Source of the DNA: a virus
Lineage: Duplodnaviria > Caudoviricetes
Length of the DNA stretch: 64,000 bases
Virus record (IMG/VR): IMGVR_UViG_3300037400_005963
Location: 1-64,000 of that record
Reading direction: 5' to 3' (one strand)
How positions within the stretch are numbered: position 1 is the first letter of the stretch; the number at the start of each line of letters is the position of its first letter. The position numbers and the translations under genes are program-made. This document shows, piece by piece, positions 59,173 through 64,000 of the stretch. The notes beneath the pieces were generated by a model, which was not told the origin of the DNA, ran no database searches, and saw only the letters and a list, made by a program, of their open reading frames with translations.

Positions 59173-59598
59173 TTAATTAAGCCACCTATTTAATTGTATA
59201 TCACCGGCTCTTTGTCCTATAGCAGTAGCTTTTTTTGTCAATTCTCCTGTGGTTAACTTTTTTGGATTATTAGTCTGTAATCTTTTTAGTGCAAAACTAG
59301 TATTTCCTTTTCCATAGCCTACAGAAGCAGTAGACATAGCATTATCACCAAATTTCTGAAGAGTTTTGTTATTATACTTTTGGCCAAATTTATTTATTGA
59401 AGATCCAATATTACCTAGGGCTTTATTTGTTCCTATCTGAGCTTTTGCACCAAATACTCCTCTCTGTGCACCGTATGCAGCAAGAGCAGTTCCACCGAGT
59501 ACACCAGCACCAACTGCTAATTTCTTTCCAAAACTAGATTTTTTATTCTCTTGTGCAGGTTCAGTATAGACTTTTCTTTTTAAAATATAAGTTGCCAT
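59173..59598 (-). CDS. Leader-bearing basic protein with hydrophobic helix
   Basis: MATYILKRKVYT; GKKLAVGAGVLGGTALAAYGAQRGVFG. Confidence 0.65.
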   Translation of the reverse strand: MATYILKRKVYTEPAQENKKSSFGKKLAVGAGVLGGTALAAYGAQRGVFGAKAQIGTNKALGNIGSSINKFGQKYNNKTLQKFGDNAMSTASVGYGKGNTSFALKRLQTNNPKKLTTGELTKKATAIGQRAGDIQLNRWLN

Positions 59599-59601
59599 AT
59601 A

Positions 59602-59775
59602 TTAATCATCTTCATCTTTTCCTTTTCCTGTAAGGAAATTTCCTAGGCTTTTTCCTGCCTTTTTTATTTTTGTTTGTGTTGGTAGGGGGACAGGACTGAT
59701 ATCGTCAACCATCCCATCAATTCCCTCTCGAAGATCACCAACCATACCAAACTTTTTTGTCCTTTTTACTAACAT
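59602..59775 (-). CDS. 57-aa leader-bearing protein (missing from the ORF track)
   Basis: Manual translation MLVKRTKKFGMVGDLREGIDGMVDDISPVPLPTQTKIKKAGKSLGNFLTGKGKDEDD; fills the gap exactly and shares its leader with 59778..60026. Confidence 0.7.
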   Translation of the reverse strand: MLVKRTKKFGMVGDLREGIDGMVDDISPVPLPTQTKIKKAGKSLGNFLTGKGKDEDD

Positions 59776-59777
59776 GG

Positions 59778-60026
59778 TTAATCCTCTTCTTCTTTATTCC
59801 CCATATTTCCGGTTAAAGCATCTTTCGTAGCACCGGCAACCTTAGCGGTACCAATTCCTGCACCGATAAGAGCAGCTGTGCCCGTTAACGCAGCAGTACC
59901 TTTTGTGCCTGCCCAAATTCTTTGTCCAGTATTCATGGTAGCGCCCTTGCCATAACCCATCGATCGTCCAATGCTTTTAAGACCAAAAGTTGGTATACCG
60001 AAATTCTTTGTTCTTTTTACCAACAT
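59778..60026 (-). CDS. Leader-bearing small Gly/Ala-rich protein
   Basis: MLVKRTKNFG; TAALTGTAALIGAGIG. Confidence 0.65.
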   Translation of the reverse strand: MLVKRTKNFGIPTFGLKSIGRSMGYGKGATMNTGQRIWAGTKGTAALTGTAALIGAGIGTAKVAGATKDALTGNMGNKEEED

Positions 60027-60047
60027 ATTTAAATATTTAAAAATTTA

Positions 60048-60099
60048 GGGAGAGAAATAGAATATTTTGTATAAATTTTAGTATTCTTATTTCTCTCCC
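60048..60099 (-). terminator. Long stem-loop after the major capsid gene, probable terminator
   Basis: GGGAGAGAAATAGAATA / TATTCTTATTTCTCTCCC inverted repeat followed by TAAATTTTT on the minus strand. Confidence 0.7.
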
Positions 60100-60146
60100 A
60101 GATTAGATTAAATCAATCTTATGTAATATTCTTCTTGAGAGAAATA

Positions 60147-61568
60147 TTAAAGACCTAAACCAAAGGTTACTTTCTGAACGAGTTCAGGAGCCATGTAGCG
60201 AACACCTTCCTGATAGTAAATACCACTTGCCATTTGAGTTGGGTTGTTGTAGTTACCAATAGTTGGGGTGTCAGTCAAAGGCATATAGATACCACGAGCC
60301 AGAGGAGCCATTTGGCCGTCCTGAGTCTTGTGAATAGCATAGAATGTACCCTTGCCTTCTTCTTCCTGGATGTCAGTTGAACGAAGTACTGGAATACCAT
60401 TGTACCAGCCAAGGAGGTCATTGATGTAAGTCATCTTAGTGTTCTTCTCCCACTTGCCGATGATACCACCCTTTTGGAACTGATTTGAAGCCTGGTTACC
60501 AGCTACATAAGCAGTAGTGTTAACACCCTTAACGGCCTTAGTTGCCAAAGAAGTTTCAACGTTGATCAGATAAGCATCGAACAAGTCTACTCTTGAACGA
60601 TAATCGTAGAAAGTAGCCTGCATTTCAGCCTTAGTAAGATCAAGGTCAGTCATAACATCGCCACGATAACCATCCTCAAGAGTCTTAACCAACTTGTAGT
60701 TAATAGTCTTGGTGTAGATCTCGCGGAGCTTAGTGAACAAGAAGGTAGCCATGTCAGAACCAGTGGCCTTCTTCATTGCGCCGAGAGCTGCAATGTTATA
60801 CTCAGCAACGAGCATATCAGGAACTGTGTTAAGAGCAATCTGTTGCATCTTAGCAATGAATCTCTTATCGTTTGCATGTGGACTGTCAGCACCCTTAGTG
60901 CAGCTAGGAGTACCAGTTACGTCTTCCTTACCTACGATCTTAATTGAAGTAGGAGCAGCAGCTAAATTGAACTCAACCTTACCGTTGAGGTAATTAACAG
61001 TACCGCTAGTCATAACGCCAGCAACTGCCATGAAAGAACCCTGACCATTATCGATCAATTCAGCCTTGCTACCGTCACCGTTCTCGATCTTAACGCGAAT
61101 AGTACCGGGGATAAGCTTTCTACCAATGATAGAAGTAACCTGCTGAGCAGCATCTACATCGAGTTCAAAGTAACCCATAGTGTTGATGTCCTGATAGTTA
61201 TCTGGACCCAGGTTAGGAATAACCTCACGAAGATCGGTTACACCAAGAACGTCGAACCAGTAGAACAGACCGTTAGGCTGATCAAAGTCGCGCTCAATTG
61301 ACATATAGCCAGCAAAAGAGCTAACATAAGAAGCAACTGAAGCGTTGAAGTACTGAGTGCTCAGAAGTGGAGTCTCTGCATAGCCAGAGAAGGTCTTCTG
61401 GAAAAGGTTACCTTCGCCCATACCGAGCATTTCTCTCATCTCGTCATTACGAGAGAACATCTTTGCGTATTCACGGCCACGAAGATTAGCGTCTTCGTTA
61501 GAAACCGAGCTAGCCCTCAAAGCCGAAGCCATCTGAGGGGTATTCATAAGTTCATTATAGTAATTCAT
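60147..61568 (-). CDS. Major capsid protein (T4 gp23-like HK97 fold)
   Basis: 473 aa; strongest codon bias in the window; ERDFDQPNGLFYW and APLARGIYMPL...NNPTQMASGIYY parallel gp23 motifs; insertion domain IPGTIRV...SGTVNYLNG; downstream of the scaffold. Confidence 0.85.
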   Translation of the reverse strand: MNYYNELMNTPQMASALRASSVSNEDANLRGREYAKMFSRNDEMREMLGMGEGNLFQKTFSGYAETPLLSTQYFNASVASYVSSFAGYMSIERDFDQPNGLFYWFDVLGVTDLREVIPNLGPDNYQDINTMGYFELDVDAAQQVTSIIGRKLIPGTIRVKIENGDGSKAELIDNGQGSFMAVAGVMTSGTVNYLNGKVEFNLAAAPTSIKIVGKEDVTGTPSCTKGADSPHANDKRFIAKMQQIALNTVPDMLVAEYNIAALGAMKKATGSDMATFLFTKLREIYTKTINYKLVKTLEDGYRGDVMTDLDLTKAEMQATFYDYRSRVDLFDAYLINVETSLATKAVKGVNTTAYVAGNQASNQFQKGGIIGKWEKNTKMTYINDLLGWYNGIPVLRSTDIQEEEGKGTFYAIHKTQDGQMAPLARGIYMPLTDTPTIGNYNNPTQMASGIYYQEGVRYMAPELVQKVTFGLGL

Positions 61569-61609
61569 TGTGTAAATTAAGTAATTAATTCGTTTATGTT
61601 TTATATAAT

Positions 61610-61639
61610 GAAGGCTCCTTGATTTCTCTCAGAGCCTTC
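61610..61639 (-). promoter_or_regulatory. Hairpin between the scaffold and capsid genes (mRNA processing/stability or attenuation element)
   Basis: GAAGGCTC...GAGCCTTC inverted repeat without a U-tract. Confidence 0.45.
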
Positions 61640-61648
61640 GGGTTTATA

Positions 61649-64000
61649 TTATTTCTTGAAATTGAGCCAAGTAGCTAATGTGTCTTCTGAGTCTGAGAAA
61701 GATTTCTCAGTAAACTGAGCTTCCTGAAGGTCTGGCTCTGCATCCTCTGCAGGAGCGGCTTTAGCTTCCATAATAGTAGCGGCAGCTTCCTCTGCAGCAG
61801 CCTTAATACTTTGAACAGCGGCAAGAGCTTTATCCTCTACCTCTTCTACAGTATGAGCAGCTGGAGCAACAGGATTACCGTTCTCGTCTACTTCTGCAGG
61901 TGCCTGAGCAGAAACTTCTTCAGCTGGAGCCTGTGGAGCAACAACGGGTTGAGCTACGGGAACAGCAACTGGTTTAACTGGAGCAGCCTGTGAGGCTTGT
62001 ACATCAGCAAAGAACTTATCTAAGGTAGAATAGTGCTTCTCCTCAGATTCATAATTGTTCCACTCCTCTTTTGAAATGAAACCATCATGGTTCTTGTCGA
62101 TTCTATCAAACTCATCAGTGCTCTTACCAGCTTTTCTCCACTCTTCCTTAGAAATTTGACCGTCCTTGTCCTCATCAACCTTGTCAAACTTATCTTCATC
62201 AACGTCTTCCTTATCCTCTACGGCAAGGTCTTCAGTCAACTTGTCAGCTTCCTCCTCAGAGATCTTAGTGAGTTCCATATCCTCTTCATCCTTAAGAACT
62301 GCCTTGGTGAATTCGCCAGTTTCTTTATCTTCTACTACAGCAGTTTCTGAATCTACTGGAGTAATTACTTCAGTATCATTCTCAATCTGCTCACCTTCCT
62401 CGATAGCCTTTTCAATTTCCTCTTGATCAGCTTCCTCAGAGAAGATTCTTTCCATGTAGGCAGTAAATTCCTCACCTTTAGAGAAGAATCTGGTTTCAGC
62501 TTCGTTACAGAAACTGTATTCCTTTTCCTCTTCCTTCTCGTCTTCATCAACGTCTTCCTTATCCTCTACGGCAAGGTCTTCAGTCAACTTGTCAGCCTCT
62601 TTCTCTGATATCTTAGTGAGTTCCATATCGTCCTCATCTTTAAGGACGGCTTTAGTGAATTCACCAGTCTCTTTATCTTCTACTACGGCAGTCTCAGCAT
62701 CTACTGGAGTAATTACTTCAGTGTCATTCTCGATCTGTTCGCCATCCTCAATAGCTTTTTCGATTTCGTCCTGATCGGCTTCCTCAGAGAAGATTCTTTC
62801 CATGTAGGCAGTAAATTCCTCACCTTTAGAGAAGAATCTGGTTTCAGCTTCGTTACAGAAAATACTGTATTCCTTTTCCTCTTCCTTCTCGTCTTCATCA
62901 ACTGCACTATCCTCATCAACTGCAATATCCTGAGTTAAGTTCTCAGCTTCTTCTTCACTAATTGGATGAACATTGATAGTATCTTCGTCAATGATCTTAA
63001 CCTTAGAGAAATCACCGTTCTCTTTATCTTCTACAACTGCAGTCTTAGAGTCAATTGGGGTAATGATTTCAGTGTCAGTCTCAATTTCATCTCCATTTTC
63101 GATTGCATCCTCGATTGCATTTTGTTCAGATTGCTCATTAAAGAGACGTTCCATGTAAGCATTTATTTCCTTACCTCTAGAGAAGAATTTAGTTTCAGTC
63201 TCATCACAGAAAACACTGTATTCTTTTTCTTCCTCATCATCTTTGGGGCACTCACATTCAGCCTTACCACACTCTGGGCAAGTTTCTTCCTCATCATCAT
63301 CTGCGAGAGGCTTAAACTCGTCTGACTCTACCTCCATTACTTTGAGGTCACTGGTAAGATCATCAAACTCTTCTTCATCAATCTGCTCAAGGCGAACATC
63401 ATCACCTGAAATAGTAGCCTTGGTAAACTCATCATTTACTTTATCCTCTACTACTGCAGTCTGAGCATCGACTGGAGTGATTATTAATTCATCTGTTTCA
63501 ATCTCATCTCCCTCACGAACAGCATCCTCAATTTCATCTTGAAGATCAGAAATTGAATTAACTGCGTCAGAGAATAATTTGCACATAACGGCAGTATTAT
63601 TCGAGAAAATTCTAGTTGCAAATACTGGTGCACCTACAAAATCCGAATATTCCTTCTGAAGCTCTGGTTCCTCTTCAGGATCAACATTGGCACCAAGACC
63701 ATCAATTAAACGCATGGCATAATCACGAGCATCTTCTTGATTATCAAAAATCTCAACTGCATCTACACCATCCTCAGTTAACTGATTTTTAAGTTGCTCT
63801 GCGCTATCTTCGTCGTACTCCTGAGCATCAACAATAATGTGATCGTAAGGTTGAACACCAACTACAAAGAGGGGCATGTAACCTTCTGGAGCATCTTCAT
63901 TGCTAAAATTCTTGCTATCTAATTCAGTTACAGTCATATCATCATCATCTAAAACAACCTTTGCCTGATCACCAGTAGTTTCATTGGTAACCACTACAGC
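61649..64000 (-). CDS. Prohead core / scaffolding protein, 5'-truncated; acidic with tandem repeats, EF-hand pair and Cys cluster
   Basis: Frame is open to the window edge (AVVVTNETT...); extremely D/E-rich; directly upstream of the capsid gene; 14 [KR]-x-[FY]-S motifs. Confidence 0.75.
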   Translation of the reverse strand, partial: AVVVTNETTGDQAKVVLDDDDMTVTELDSKNFSNEDAPEGYMPLFVVGVQPYDHIIVDAQEYDEDSAEQLKNQLTEDGVDAVEIFDNQEDARDYAMRLIDGLGANVDPEEEPELQKEYSDFVGAPVFATRIFSNNTAVMCKLFSDAVNSISDLQDEIEDAVREGDEIETDELIITPVDAQTAVVEDKVNDEFTKATISGDDVRLEQIDEEEFDDLTSDLKVMEVESDEFKPLADDDEEETCPECGKAECECPKDDEEEKEYSVFCDETETKFFSRGKEINAYMERLFNEQSEQNAIEDAIENGDEIETDTEIITPIDSKTAVVEDKENGDFSKVKIIDEDTINVHPISEEEAENLTQDIAVDEDSAVDEDEKEEEKEYSIFCNEAETRFFSKGEEFTAYMERIFSEEADQDEIEKAIEDGEQIENDTEVITPVDAETAVVEDKETGEFTKAVLKDEDDMELTKISEKEADKLTEDLAVEDKEDVDEDEKEEEKEYSFCNEAETRFFSKGEEFTAYMERIFSEEADQEEIEKAIEEGEQIENDTEVITPVDSETAVVEDKETGEFTKAVLKDEEDMELTKISEEEADKLTEDLAVEDKEDVDEDKFDKVDEDKDGQISKEEWRKAGKSTDEFDRIDKNHDGFISKEEWNNYESEEKHYSTLDKFFADVQASQAAPVKPVAVPVAQPVVAPQAPAEEVSAQAPAEVDENGNPVAPAAHTVEEVEDKALAAVQSIKAAAEEAAATIMEAKAAPAEDAEPDLQEAQFTEKSFSDSEDTLATWLNFKK
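62193..62902. repeat. Near-identical tandem direct repeat (348 and 351 bp units) inside the scaffold gene
   Basis: TCTTCATCAAC anchor at 62193, 62541 and 62892; more diverged copies continue towards 63550. Confidence 0.9.

Noticed and set aside
54188-60026. Leaders as Sec, prepilin or double-glycine bacteriocin export signals
   Set aside because: No h-region in several members, no G|F-x-x-x-E or GG motif, and no transporter or peptidase nearby. The same motif in scaffold and capsid points to head maturation instead.
62193-62902. Direct repeats as CRISPR array, DGR template/variable repeat or mobile-element ends
   Set aside because: In-frame coding repeats with mostly synonymous or conservative differences; no spacers, reverse transcriptase or transposase in the window.
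2194-63464. All plus-strand ORFs in the track
   Set aside because: They are antisense shadows of long minus-strand genes with biased composition and no motifs.
1-64000. Stop-codon reassignment (TAG to Gln) as in Lak or some crAss-like phages
   Set aside because: Genes are full length in the standard code, and TAG ends genes just before the next start (5278, 32683, 54625).
1-64000. tRNA, rRNA, introns, inteins, homing endonucleases
   Set aside because: Intergenic gaps are short and AT-rich with no cloverleaf, and no HNH, GIY-YIG, LAGLIDADG or intein motifs were recognised by eye.

Overview
Almost the whole window is one head-to-tail, minus-strand virion morphogenesis region of a large (jumbo-type) contractile-tailed dsDNA phage. 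It uses the standard genetic code. The AT-rich, Shine-Dalgarno-free starts suggest a Bacteroidota host (inference). In transcription order (right to left) it encodes: an acidic repeat scaffold/prohead-core protein (5'-truncated); a T4 gp23-like major capsid protein; a long run of small basic genes; tail terminator, Ig-like decoration, tail sheath and neck proteins; a 3093-aa repeat protein; a second degenerate sheath and the tail tube; a Dps-like gene and a CxxCxxCC gene; a tail-assembly chaperone pair; a 3879-aa tape measure with six hydrolase-like domains; tube initiator, gp53-like and hub proteins; three paralogous NlpC/P60 hydrolases; spike, gp25-, gp6- and gp7-like wedge proteins; and large baseplate/fibre genes. 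The main finding is that about 17-19 otherwise unrelated small genes share a short N-terminal leader ending in [K/R]-x-[F/Y]-[S/T/G]. The same tetrapeptide occurs 14-16 times in the scaffold and at the end of the capsid protein's N-terminal arm. This suggests a capsid-loading and prohead-protease maturation system that packages a library of cargo proteins (glycine-zipper membrane-active peptides, a polyprotein, a paralogue family, a Dps-like ferritin). Other notable features are a candidate +1 frameshift (TTT CGA) in the tail chaperone, EF-hands in the scaffold and an SGNH esterase among the tape-measure muralytic domains. All functional calls come from motif reading and gene order; no database searches were run.
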